This document shows positions 9,063 through 18,778 of a stretch of DNA of 64,000 bases, one piece after another (position 1 is the stretch's first letter; every line of letters starts with the position of its first letter). This stretch comes from Escherichia phage SDYTW1-F1-2-2_3. The stretch lies in sequence record OR296290.1; one strand, given 5' to 3'. A program made the translations under genes and the position numbers. A model generated the notes under the pieces. It was not told the origin of the DNA. It made no database searches and was given only the letters and a program-made list of their open reading frames with translations.

Positions 9063-10259
9063 TTAGTAGTTTACAACAGTGCCATCATTCAGGGTAAGGC
9101 TATTAATCTGCAACACACGACCAAGCTGACGATCGCTAATCGGTGCGTTCCAGCCAGAGCGGTAGAAGTTACGACCACAGAAGAACAAGATCACATTACT
9201 TGCTACAGTCGAACCGTTTTCAGGATGCTTGATGTTAGCGATATAATAACCACGACGCAGATTACGACGGGTTACCGGGTTGATCTCTAACCCTTGTTCT
9301 TCAACTTGCATTGTTTCAGGAACAGGCTCCGAAGACTCTTCAGCAACTGGCTCGGCTGCCAATGCAAAGTTCTCATCACCTGCTGATTCAGCAAATTCTT
9401 CTTCCACTTCTTCAACAGGCAGTTCGTAAGCAACACGGTAGTCAGGATCAACACCAGAGAAGCTCTTAACAAACTCAACAATATTGTGAGTATAGGTTTC
9501 CAGAGTTGTTCCAGTCAGTCCCGGAGCTGTATTGACTTCCAGAACCCAAGCGTTAGTTCCTTTGCTAATCAGATCAACAGCACCGAAGTTCAAACCCAGA
9601 GCAGATACAGCTTTGTGAGCTTGAATCAGAACTTGATCAGGAGGTGCTTCAGTGAAGGCGTTAGAATAAACCCAACCAGTGTGGTGGTTGCGAATATCTT
9701 CACGATAACTTTCCAATTCACGATAACCGTTACGACGAATCTTCTTCTGAACGTAAGTGATAACACCCTCAAACACATGAACACGCCATTCACGACGTGG
9801 GCCTTGGATACCTTTGGTGTACAGAGGAGCATCTGCAACACCTTCTCGTGTAAGACGAACAGTAATACCTTCTCCAGAGTGACCAGTTAAGGTTCCACGT
9901 TCATAAACAATTTCATTCCGGTTCCAGTTCTGAGCTACTTCACGATCGATGGTGTATTCAACAGTTTTGACTTCAGCTAAACGCAGTGCGTTAAATGCTG
10001 CAACTTTGTTAGCCGCTCGGTTCAAGGCAACCACAGAGTTCAACACAGTTGCGCCACCGAAGAAAGAATCGTTGTATCGACGGTTTCCGTAGTTGACAAC
10101 AATATCACCAACCCGAGAACGATAACGAGAACCCTCTGATACCAGAGACATTACGTTAGCATTTAAGCGAAGTTCCTGAATCTTAGTGTTAATTGCAGAA
10201 GTAAGTTCACGAACTGAATCAGAAGGGCCATAAGGAAGAACACGGATACGAGTAGTCAT
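9063..10259 (-). CDS. ATP-grasp ligase (RimK-like)
   Basis: ALGLNFGAVDLISKGTNAWVLEVNTAPGLTG matches ATP-grasp C-terminal motif; acidic C-terminal extension. Confidence 0.7.
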   Translation of the reverse strand: MTTRIRVLPYGPSDSVRELTSAINTKIQELRLNANVMSLVSEGSRYRSRVGDIVVNYGNRRYNDSFFGGATVLNSVVALNRAANKVAAFNALRLAEVKTVEYTIDREVAQNWNRNEIVYERGTLTGHSGEGITVRLTREGVADAPLYTKGIQGPRREWRVHVFEGVITYVQKKIRRNGYRELESYREDIRNHHTGWVYSNAFTEAPPDQVLIQAHKAVSALGLNFGAVDLISKGTNAWVLEVNTAPGLTGTTLETYTHNIVEFVKSFSGVDPDYRVAYELPVEEVEEEFAESAGDENFALAAEPVAEESSEPVPETMQVEEQGLEINPVTRRNLRRGYYIANIKHPENGSTVASNVILFFCGRNFYRSGWNAPISDRQLGRVLQINSLTLNDGTVVNY

Positions 10260-10261
10260 TG

Positions 10262-10486
10262 TTAGATACCTTTAAGTTTAAGAATTTCGTTACGAGTTTT
10301 TTGAATCTGAGCTTCAATTTCGAAGTAGTCGTTGAACGCATCGTTCTCTACTTCATCGGATGGTGCATCAATCAGACCGAAAGCGAACGGATACAGCTTC
10401 CGCTGCTCCGTTACTAATTCGATATGAACTCCTATATAATACTGTAGGAGAGTGATCTTTGGTTTCTTAGGAACCAGATTTGACAT
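10262..10486 (-). CDS. hypothetical small protein (74 aa)
   Basis: Between ATP-grasp and GAT-II genes. Confidence 0.4.
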   Translation of the reverse strand: MSNLVPKKPKITLLQYYIGVHIELVTEQRKLYPFAFGLIDAPSDEVENDAFNDYFEIEAQIQKTRNEILKLKGI

Positions 10487-10700
10487 GAGGTTCTACCTTA
10501 ATGCCTTTGATTTTTACATAATCAGCAAGTACGTTATTGATCACCGTTGGGAAAGGAACCTCAACCTGTGTCTCAAGTACTTGACCAATACCAGCTTGCA
10601 TCCACTTCTGGATTGCACGAAGGTTATCACATCCTGTGCTCGTCATCGGGATACGTCGAGTAGTTACAACGTTATCCAGCATCATCTTACGAATTTCCAT
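10467..10700 (-). CDS. hypothetical small protein (77 aa)
   Basis: Immediately downstream of the GAT-II gene. Confidence 0.4.
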   Translation of the reverse strand: MEIRKMMLDNVVTTRRIPMTSTGCDNLRAIQKWMQAGIGQVLETQVEVPFPTVINNVLADYVKIKGIKVEPHVKSGS

Positions 10701-10702
10701 AC

Positions 10703-12733
10703 TTAACCTCTATTCAATGAACATTTAGGAGAATTACAATAAACTTGATTCATAGAACCAAGCGTACAACTTTCAGCATCGCGCCACGGAATCTGCTTAA
10801 AACACTCTGAGCAGTAGCCGAGGGTTGACCACATGGCTTTGGTGAAGTCAGTGCTTCGGTTTCCGTCGAAGCTGACAACAGTTTTGCGGAGAGCTGTTCG
10901 TGATTCAGGAAACACACCTGCTTTCTCAGCAGGTTCCTCCTTTTTTGGCTTAGTTGAGATTGCAAAAATACTGTTGCTACGTTTCTCAACATAAGCATCA
11001 ACAACATCCTCCAGAGTGATGCCTGTCTGTTTCGCTGAGGAAGGTAATACAGTCATACGACCGATCATATCTTCAGTTACACGTAAAGCAAACTCAGGAC
11101 GACGGGCGTTTGTTGTATCTGTTGCTTTAATCCAGACATAACCATCTTTGATCGTAGCATTAGATACCTTCTTCTTTACATCTACAGCGCAGACTTTACA
11201 GATATCTTCACCACGAAGACGACTAAGTTCTTCATCGAACTCATTCTCCGTTTTAACTTCACCGCAGATTTCACAAACACCAATAGGAGTTTCCTCCTCT
11301 TCTTCATCTTTAGGTTTAGTCAAACCTTCCAGACATTCAGGGTGCCAGTAGCATTGATATGCGAAGACTGCTTTAGGTGCATCCTTCCAATCAATGTGTT
11401 TGTCACAACCACCGCAATCACCATGAGAGTGTGCTTCCCAGAATTTACGAGTGATAGTAACGCCATTCTTGTTGACGAAACTATCATTCATATCAAAAGG
11501 GATATCATCATCGAAGTCAGCAGTAGTAGACTCAGGCTCCTTTTTCTCCAGAGATGGGTCAACAAAACGACCTGCTGTGATTACTAAACGAACCATAGCA
11601 TTAACTTCGGAGATGCAGGATACTGTCCCACGGTAAACGATTTTAGGGTCTTTCAGGGCATCCTGATAAGCCTTAATGTCTACGTTATGAACATCGCCTT
11701 CAATATACTCTTGAGACTTCTCATCGTAGATATAACCAATCATCTTACCACGAGAAGGAACAGCACCAGCTGTTGCATAAGGAACAAACTCATGTGGTGT
11801 GATTTCCACAGTCATGTCGCGGCGAATGTCAATGTTTCGATCGCTTGCGATTTTGTTTTGACTTACCACTGCGTTTCTTCGACGAACGTCTGCCGCTGTC
11901 ACTCCCGGCTTCGTGTCGTAAGGATTGCTTGTACTGCTTTTTGAGGAACTTTGATAATTGCTTTGGCTGTAGTTGTTCGAGTAGTAATTGCCCCAACGAT
12001 TGATTACCGTAAAAACCGGAAGCTCGTGGGCGACCTCTTCAACTAGAGTCATACTGTTGTTTGACATATCAAAGATATATTCTGTACCAACTTTACATTC
12101 AAAGTGCTCATCAATTCGGTTTTTGTGAGACTTAGAACGCTTCAGAATCCACATCAACATGTCTTCTTCAGAAGCACCAAACCAATCTCTGTTACAACGT
12201 GCGAGATGGAAAGGACGCTCTTCATTACGGATGATATGAAGGCGGTTATCAGAAGCATCATGCCAGATTAAGGTGAAAGCACCATCCAGCTTTTGAATAG
12301 TCTCTGCTGCACCAATAGTGTTAATAGAGTGGCAGATGTTCTCACTGTCTACCTCGAAGTTTTTGCTGTCAGGTAACAGATCTTGGTCCATCAAGGTTCC
12401 GTTATGAACCAGAGTGATGTTACCATGTTGGAAAGGATGGGCGTTCTTGGCGTTAACTGCACCTTTCGTTGCATGACGGCTGTGACCAACAATCCATGAA
12501 GGCGCTACAGTGTAAGCTGTTTCACCAGTGGTGTGTTTCTTGTACTCATCTTGAAGGATGAATGCGAAAGAAGGAAGTGCCTCTTTATAAGTGAAGACTT
12601 CCTTAGTGCTCTTACGCTGACCAAAGATACCAGAGGAATGTTGCCCTCGGAATACCCCAGCATAAAAGAGTTGGTTAAATACGTCTAAATCAGTGCTTGA
12701 CAGATTACCGCCAGCTAATACGATGCCACAAAT
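10703..12733 (-). CDS. class-II (Ntn) glutamine amidotransferase with Cys-rich C-terminal region; probable AUU start
   Basis: Frame open upstream of track start to 12736; manual translation (I)CGIVLAGGNLSSTD...GHSRHATKGAVNAKNAHPF is a GAT-II Ntn domain. No ATG/GTG/TTG precedes Cys; AGGTGG SD lies 7 nt before ATT. Confidence 0.65.
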   Translation of the reverse strand: MCGIVLAGGNLSSTDLDVFNQLFYAGVFRGQHSSGIFGQRKSTKEVFTYKEALPSFAFILQDEYKKHTTGETAYTVAPSWIVGHSRHATKGAVNAKNAHPFQHGNITLVHNGTLMDQDLLPDSKNFEVDSENICHSINTIGAAETIQKLDGAFTLIWHDASDNRLHIIRNEERPFHLARCNRDWFGASEEDMLMWILKRSKSHKNRIDEHFECKVGTEYIFDMSNNSMTLVEEVAHELPVFTVINRWGNYYSNNYSQSNYQSSSKSSTSNPYDTKPGVTAADVRRRNAVVSQNKIASDRNIDIRRDMTVEITPHEFVPYATAGAVPSRGKMIGYIYDEKSQEYIEGDVHNVDIKAYQDALKDPKIVYRGTVSCISEVNAMVRLVITAGRFVDPSLEKKEPESTTADFDDDIPFDMNDSFVNKNGVTITRKFWEAHSHGDCGGCDKHIDWKDAPKAVFAYQCYWHPECLEGLTKPKDEEEEETPIGVCEICGEVKTENEFDEELSRLRGEDICKVCAVDVKKKVSNATIKDGYVWIKATDTTNARRPEFALRVTEDMIGRMTVLPSSAKQTGITLEDVVDAYVEKRSNSIFAISTKPKKEEPAEKAGVFPESRTALRKTVVSFDGNRSTDFTKAMWSTLGYCSECFKQIPWRDAESCTLGSMNQVYCNSPKCSLNRG

Positions 12734-12812
12734 TTTCTAATCCACCTGAAGGGTAAACCCTTTCATCTAATTAACCTTTAAATTGTGCCCCTTTGCCAGA
12801 GGCACCCATTGA

Positions 12813-13916
12813 TTACAGCGCTTGCTCTAACTGATTTTCCAGATGATCTGGAATGTACCCTGTGATGTTGTTATCACTGTGTCCTGACTCACGTAGCAAG
12901 TCAAAAATAGCACGGATACGTTGCTCTGGTGCAGATCGTACAGTAGATAGATCGGTAGTACGAAGCATAACCAGAATCTCTTGGTACAAGTTGTTAGCGT
13001 TCCCTCGGACATATCCAAGGAATCCGTAGAAGTCTGAGATATGACGTAGGTCAACAAGAACTTCTCCGTTGGAGTTGGTTCGACGTAAACGAATACGACC
13101 AGACTGTTCTACTTCATGAGAACGACAATACAAAACATCACGGGCCATACAATACCCTGAATGCAAGTCCGACTCGTCCAGATTGTAATCCAGAGGAAGG
13201 TAAGGAAGCATTGGGGCAAATCGTACAGTATTTAAATGCTCGATAAACTGATCATTGCTCATCTCTGCGTTATCTAAAGCCAGCTTCTTCAACATCAAGA
13301 AGCGGTTAACCAGATTGAGAAGTTGACCACGTTTCCACTTAGGCTCACTGATACGGAACTCAATCGAACCATATTGGGCAAGTGGCAGAAGGTTCAGAGA
13401 TGTATATTTATCCCATGAACGAACCAGACGGTTGAAGAACTCTTCATCGTCGTAGTTAAATGCGTCAGAGGCATTCATTACCTGTGCTTGTACCACTGCG
13501 AAAGCAGGGCAGAAGTTGCTACGGTAACGATGGTAGCCTGAACACTTGAACAACATCTTTTCATAGAAGGTCCAAGCGAGAATGGTTTTCTTGAGGATAT
13601 TACTATCAGCATCCCTCATATCCATATGAACGTGAGTAGAGCAACGCCAAGTCCCCTCGGCGTGCGATTCAGCTACAGCTTCACTCAGGTTGTTGATAGC
13701 GTCTAACAACTCCTGTCCGTTGTAAGGTCGTGAACATACCATTTCACAACCATTACGCAGGGAACCATCCTCTGTACAATCCCACATATCTGCTTCGATA
13801 TGATCGGAACCTTCGAGTTCAAGTTCAATACCGACACCGCACTGAAGTGCAATTGAACTATGCGCCTCAGTTAAATGACCTTCTCGATATCCAAAAGTTT
13901 GCGCTACAGTTGTCAT
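12813..13916 (-). CDS. amidoligase (glutamine-synthetase-like)
   Basis: GVGIELELEG...DGSLRNGCE...CSTHVHMDMRD pattern of GS-like amidoligases. Confidence 0.6.
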   Translation of the reverse strand: MTTVAQTFGYREGHLTEAHSSIALQCGVGIELELEGSDHIEADMWDCTEDGSLRNGCEMVCSRPYNGQELLDAINNLSEAVAESHAEGTWRCSTHVHMDMRDADSNILKKTILAWTFYEKMLFKCSGYHRYRSNFCPAFAVVQAQVMNASDAFNYDDEEFFNRLVRSWDKYTSLNLLPLAQYGSIEFRISEPKWKRGQLLNLVNRFLMLKKLALDNAEMSNDQFIEHLNTVRFAPMLPYLPLDYNLDESDLHSGYCMARDVLYCRSHEVEQSGRIRLRRTNSNGEVLVDLRHISDFYGFLGYVRGNANNLYQEILVMLRTTDLSTVRSAPEQRIRAIFDLLRESGHSDNNITGYIPDHLENQLEQAL

Positions 13917-14530
13917 AATGAATCCACCAACGTAATATTGTAATTGCTAAGGTTTTCAGAAATGTGATGAAAGTGTTCCAGAAGTCGCATCGGTTGCTGA
14001 CCGTAAGAGTCACGAGGCGCTTCCAGATCTACTTGTCCTACCAGTGCACCTTTATAATGCACCTTACCATCAGTAGGGTTGATGTAAATATAACGAGTGA
14101 CCAATCCTTCGAATTCAGGATTGAACAGACTGTAAACCATCTCCCCGGAGATAGCACGACCAACACCCGGAGCATTTCGAATCTTGTTACCCATCAAACC
14201 CTTTGCTCTCTGACGAACAGGGTTAATATGAGTCCAGCTTACAGTGTTACCGTTATGGAACAGATAACCAACATCAGGTGATTCAAGAATCAAGGTTGGG
14301 TCGAACACTGGAATATTCATCGTAGTATTTCGAAGATTCCCTTGCTCGTTCTTGTACCACTGCTCTACAACAAAGTACAGAGCCTGTTCTGCTTCGTGAG
14401 AGAAGTCATCACTGCGGAAGTTACCGCTCTGCTCAACACCAATCACAAAACACGGAAGGTTGATATTACCTGCTCGTTTAGCAATCCATGTACCATTATA
14501 GTAATGAGAAAAATCAGCTACTAAGCTCAC
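13913..14530 (-). CDS. hypothetical protein (205 aa) within ligase cluster
   Basis: Track ORF, 4-nt overlap with upstream gene; no motif recognised. Confidence 0.5.
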   Translation of the reverse strand: MSLVADFSHYYNGTWIAKRAGNINLPCFVIGVEQSGNFRSDDFSHEAEQALYFVVEQWYKNEQGNLRNTTMNIPVFDPTLILESPDVGYLFHNGNTVSWTHINPVRQRAKGLMGNKIRNAPGVGRAISGEMVYSLFNPEFEGLVTRYIYINPTDGKVHYKGALVGQVDLEAPRDSYGQQPMRLLEHFHHISENLSNYNITLVDSL

Positions 14531-14539
14531 GATAACCTC

Positions 14540-15349
14540 TTATGCTACCTGAAGGAGTTTGATCTGCTGGTCAGCTTCTTTAACGTTGTTGCCGTTAATG
14601 ATTTCATGAAGCTTCTCAATCGGAAGGCGAGAGTGCAATGCCATCAGAGTGGACATATCACACTGCTGAACAACCTTGTCAACCTGATCGTAAACAAACT
14701 TACGATTTTCACGATCACTAATCCAGAAATTAGACAGTGAACGATATTCAATACCGTAGTCTTTATAACGGATTGCAGACGCTTTACCGTAGAGTTCTTT
14801 ACGGCGAGTATCTTTATCCATAATAACTGCTGGAAGAGATAGGAAGTAATCACACAACACACCCAGCATCATCTGAGTTTGCAGAGTGATATCCAAAGCA
14901 CCAACTACGCCGAGATGTACGTGACCACCGGCAGTACGAAGTCCCTTATTCTGAGAAGTCGGGGATGGGTTCTTCTGACCAGTGAAAGCGTTGAAATCAG
15001 GAGTGCATCCGAAGATGAACGCTGATTCATTGAAAGTCTTCATCTCTTCTTCAGTGAAGATGTGAGAGCTAACACCCGGAGCTGTTTCCATGTCCAGTTT
15101 GTTCAGGACATTGTTGGTGAGATCGATACCACGTTGCATGTTATCGTTAAACGCTTCAAAGCCGCTCTGTGGGTCAATATCAAACTCAGCCAGTACGTTG
15201 TCCTCTTGAAGACGAACATCCTTAGCCAGAGTGATCTTATCGTCCTTAGAACAACCTAACAGACCAGCTACAGAGGTGATAATACCATTGCTGGTACGAA
15301 CGAACATTTCCGGGTCGCTTCCTATTAAGAATTTACGTTTAGTAGTCAT
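14540..15349 (-). CDS. amidoligase-like paralog (269 aa)
   Basis: FLIGSDPEMF ... AGGHVHLG parallels the G-x-E-x-E and HVH motifs of 12813-13916; weak. Confidence 0.45.
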   Translation of the reverse strand: MTTKRKFLIGSDPEMFVRTSNGIITSVAGLLGCSKDDKITLAKDVRLQEDNVLAEFDIDPQSGFEAFNDNMQRGIDLTNNVLNKLDMETAPGVSSHIFTEEEMKTFNESAFIFGCTPDFNAFTGQKNPSPTSQNKGLRTAGGHVHLGVVGALDITLQTQMMLGVLCDYFLSLPAVIMDKDTRRKELYGKASAIRYKDYGIEYRSLSNFWISDRENRKFVYDQVDKVVQQCDMSTLMALHSRLPIEKLHEIINGNNVKEADQQIKLLQVA

Positions 15350-15816
15350 GCTTTAGTCCAACCTTTATGAGATAGATAGTTTTTAAATCTGCCACTGTGC
15401 ACAGCGCCCATGTGGCCTTGATGTAAGTCGTTGCTTCTACAGAAGTCTCTAAGATTGTATATTGTTACAACCTCGCCATCTGGAGATCTAAACTTCCAAA
15501 ATCTAGCATTCCCTTTCACAGCGTTTTCTTCACTGGTCAGAAGTTGGAAATTACTTGGGTGGTTATTAAGTTTATCACCATCGATGTGATCAACAGTCAT
15601 ACCATCCGGAATAGGTCCAATAAACAATTCATACATAAGTCTATGTAATAAAAAGTTCCTTGTTATCTTTTCAGGGGCTTGCACTGTTGTAAACTTTAGA
15701 TAACCATCCTTATCAGGAAACAGTTTCCTCTGTTTCCCTGTTCTTGAATGGAATATACTACCATCTTCGAACACTAAGAAGGTAGCAACTCCGACTACTA
15801 ACTCCCTAAATTCCAT
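15346..15816 (-). CDS. HNH homing endonuclease
   Basis: HRLMYELFIGPIPDGMTVDHIDGDKLNNHPSNFQLLTSEEN HNH core. Confidence 0.7.
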   Translation of the reverse strand: MEFRELVVGVATFLVFEDGSIFHSRTGKQRKLFPDKDGYLKFTTVQAPEKITRNFLLHRLMYELFIGPIPDGMTVDHIDGDKLNNHPSNFQLLTSEENAVKGNARFWKFRSPDGEVVTIYNLRDFCRSNDLHQGHMGAVHSGRFKNYLSHKGWTKA

Positions 15817-15843
15817 AGGAAGGAGCCAATAAGGAAAGCGCGC

Positions 15844-16815
15844 TTAGTCATTGTAATACTCCACTAATTCAGAAAAGAGAGATGAGATTGTGTTACCAAC
15901 TTCTTCAAGAGTAAGACCGGAATCTGCTCCAGTTCTTTGAATCAGTCGGGCTGTAAAGTTTTGTACTGTAATGTTTCCCAACTTGTCGTCTATTGCTTCA
16001 CGTTTGTGACCATAACAGTTGGACCAGAGTCTTAACCACTCTGACATTGTTTCATACTCGTCCGGGTCTTGATCTTTAGCACGAGCAAATCTTCGTAAGG
16101 CATCTTGGTTATGGTTACGAACATAACCATTCTCGTTGTCGCCAACACCGAAGGGGTTTTGAACCCATACTTGCTTCGTGTATTCATCAGAGTCTACAAC
16201 CAAAGGAAGGAATGCTGCTGCTGACATATTGTTATTAACAACAATAGAGGTGCTCTCGCTACTCCCATTGGCTCTTCCTCGTTGAGACCACCCACCGAAG
16301 AAGTCACGACCCAACCCAGCTAACACTAGAGCGATGCCGATGCGTTTACGCTTCAGCCACTCTTCCCTGTCTTCAATTCCTTCTGCTAGGAAATCCATTC
16401 CACGATACTGCCCTTCCAGAATACTACGGAAAAGCATAAGTCCTGTGAAGATCTGATCTGCTGGATGCTCACGGAGGTTGACAGCAACACTATTCGCTGA
16501 AGTGATTGTAAATACGTCACGATAGCAAGACATAGAGTTCATAATGTCTGCTGTTTCAACCAAGTTCTTTTCAATATCAGATGCAACATGACCGTGAAAA
16601 GAGTGAGTCCAGTAATTCAACATCTCCAATTGCAAGTTGATATCACGGTTGAAGCGTCTATAATGCCTCTCTCCCATGATAACTTCACCATTAACATCAG
16701 TTACGCACTGGCCTTGCATGTAGTTGTGGATACCGAAGCATCCACGACCTAAGAACTTCTGTTCCCCTAAATCTTGTTGAAGACTCAGAGGTACGATCGT
16801 TGTGGAGATTGACAT
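15844..16815 (-). CDS. hypothetical protein (323 aa)
   Basis: Long ORF, no motif recognised. Confidence 0.5.
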   Translation of the reverse strand: MSISTTIVPLSLQQDLGEQKFLGRGCFGIHNYMQGQCVTDVNGEVIMGERHYRRFNRDINLQLEMLNYWTHSFHGHVASDIEKNLVETADIMNSMSCYRDVFTITSANSVAVNLREHPADQIFTGLMLFRSILEGQYRGMDFLAEGIEDREEWLKRKRIGIALVLAGLGRDFFGGWSQRGRANGSSESTSIVVNNNMSAAAFLPLVVDSDEYTKQVWVQNPFGVGDNENGYVRNHNQDALRRFARAKDQDPDEYETMSEWLRLWSNCYGHKREAIDDKLGNITVQNFTARLIQRTGADSGLTLEEVGNTISSLFSELVEYYND

Positions 16816-16825
16816 AACTAACCTT

Positions 16826-18022
16826 TTATTTTCCTAAAAATAATCCGCTCATAACACCATCCCACTCAGAGGACGGAATCACTGAATACTCCGAACTTTG
16901 GTCCAGAGTTCCACTACTAAATCGCTGAACAATGTTATAGATGTTGAACATATCTTTAGTCTCAGCGCGATAAGCGTAGACTAGTCTGTCAGCCGTTCTT
17001 TCATCTTTAGATACTCGACGAGCAAAGGTAACCAGAAGGTTATCACCTTTCAGTATTTCTGACTCATCTTTTACTAAATCAGGATGCATAACTGGCAAGA
17101 ACATCGAGTTATTAACTCTCAATTCTGCTGTTTCGTCATTATCATAATGAATCCACTTAAAGTCTTCATCACGGAAGTGACCGCATCCATCTCTGTATGA
17201 CTGTTGACGCCAAGGTACTTGGAATGCTTCAGCATACTTATCAGCCATGCCTACTGTAAACAGCGACGCTGGGAAGATACAAGCATCCCAATCATTACCA
17301 ACCAGAGTTGCTTTCGTTTCACCCAAGAGGTTAGTGTAAGTGCTAACCATTCGGGAATAAACGTAAGCCTGAAGGATTGTCCAACCTTCAACCAACCATT
17401 TATGAAGGAAGGTTTCAACTTGACTCTCTTCATCTTCACAATAGAAGGTTCGATCTAACATCAAATAGAACAGACAACGATCAGCAGGAACATTCTCAGT
17501 TGCTACACCCATAAAACCTTTATCGTGCCAGCGTAAACAGGAGGGACGATCTTTGTCCACAAATGCTTCCATAGCTTCCAGTACAGCACGAGGTGTGGTT
17601 TGATGTTCAGGGTTTTTACTGTTCCAACGATCAATGTTATTCTTAGGAGGTGTGTCTTCATCTTCATACGAACACCAACTTAAAGCTTCAGCTACGTGCT
17701 TTCCATCACGCCAGCGTCTAAAACCTAACATCTTCATGTGAGTTCCGGAGTTCCAGATATGCTTGATTTTACACATATCCATTTCTCGACTTAACAGGAA
17801 CTCTTCCCCATCAGCACTACGAACGTTAGCTTCTTCATGCCACACTCGAACGTGCATATTCCACCCATGAGTTGCCTCATACATGTTAGGGTCGAAGTAT
17901 TCATCTTCGTCATCATCTTCATCAACGCCACCATTATAGTTGCGAAGCTGAAGGAACCCATAACAAGGAGGGTGGACCGTTAAAACATTACCTTCAGTAT
18001 CTTCTAATGTTACTGGAAACAT
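16826..18022 (-). CDS. hypothetical protein (398 aa), acidic
   Basis: Long ORF, no motif recognised. Confidence 0.5.
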   Translation of the reverse strand: MFPVTLEDTEGNVLTVHPPCYGFLQLRNYNGGVDEDDDEDEYFDPNMYEATHGWNMHVRVWHEEANVRSADGEEFLLSREMDMCKIKHIWNSGTHMKMLGFRRWRDGKHVAEALSWCSYEDEDTPPKNNIDRWNSKNPEHQTTPRAVLEAMEAFVDKDRPSCLRWHDKGFMGVATENVPADRCLFYLMLDRTFYCEDEESQVETFLHKWLVEGWTILQAYVYSRMVSTYTNLLGETKATLVGNDWDACIFPASLFTVGMADKYAEAFQVPWRQQSYRDGCGHFRDEDFKWIHYDNDETAELRVNNSMFLPVMHPDLVKDESEILKGDNLLVTFARRVSKDERTADRLVYAYRAETKDMFNIYNIVQRFSSGTLDQSSEYSVIPSSEWDGVMSGLFLGK

Positions 18023-18033
18023 TATACCAACCT

Positions 18034-18396
18034 CTATTGGTTTTTAATCAACTCAATCGACTTACGGATATAAAGAATATCTCGGAAGTTTCGATAGTTG
18101 TTCATAAATTGGTGCTTCTGGAAAGTAGCTTCTTCCAGAGCTTTCTTTGCTTCTGTGTAGTTTTTACGGGCAAGATGTACAACCCGCTCTGGTAACACAT
18201 TTGCATGACGGATGACATACTTGTGAGCTTTCATGTTGCTTTGCTCACGAGTAATCTTACCTTTAGCAACTTTGATACCATTTGCAATCCAAGCAAGTTC
18301 TTGCTCAAGCTCATCGTTGGACATTCCACCGAGATTTGATGCAACCTTGTTCAGAGTTTCAATATTAACGTTGCCCTTAATGGGACGTGTATTCAT
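18034..18396 (-). CDS. hypothetical protein (120 aa)
   Basis: Track ORF. Confidence 0.45.
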   Translation of the reverse strand: MNTRPIKGNVNIETLNKVASNLGGMSNDELEQELAWIANGIKVAKGKITREQSNMKAHKYVIRHANVLPERVVHLARKNYTEAKKALEEATFQKHQFMNNYRNFRDILYIRKSIELIKNQ

Positions 18397-18398
18397 AC

Positions 18399-18626
18399 TT
18401 ACTCCTGTTGTTTACACTCGTCAATAACCCACTGATAAGTGGATTGCCCAGAAAAGAAACACTGAATAAATCCAGATGTTCTCTGCGTTACCAGTGCTAG
18501 TGCACAAATCACTACCGCTGCTGCTAGCAGTTTTAAATCTAATTTAGACATATTTCCTCTCGTTGAATTTAAAAAAGGACTCTCCGAAAAGAGCCAAGCT
18601 TTAAATCCAAAAAAGATATCACCCAA
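18399..18626 (-). CDS. small membrane protein (75 aa)
   Basis: Hydrophobic segment LKLLAAAVVICALALV. Confidence 0.4.
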   Translation of the reverse strand: MGDIFFGFKAWLFSESPFLNSTRGNMSKLDLKLLAAAVVICALALVTQRTSGFIQCFFSGQSTYQWVIDECKQQE

Positions 18627-18778
18627 TATCTGTGGATAACCTGCTCTTAAAATATCTATCCGACGGATGTTTGAGGATTATTCCTCGCCCTAGCATCGGC
18701 CCCATACGGGAAATATATTAAGATTAGGTTAGTTGAGTTAGAATAACTCACATAGCCCTCCGAAGAAGGCTATAGGCG

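Noticed and set aside
18633-18641. Perfect DnaA-box complement TGTGGATAA.
   Set aside because: Single 9-mer occurrence, expected by chance in 64 kb; no clustered boxes or AT-rich unwinding element nearby.
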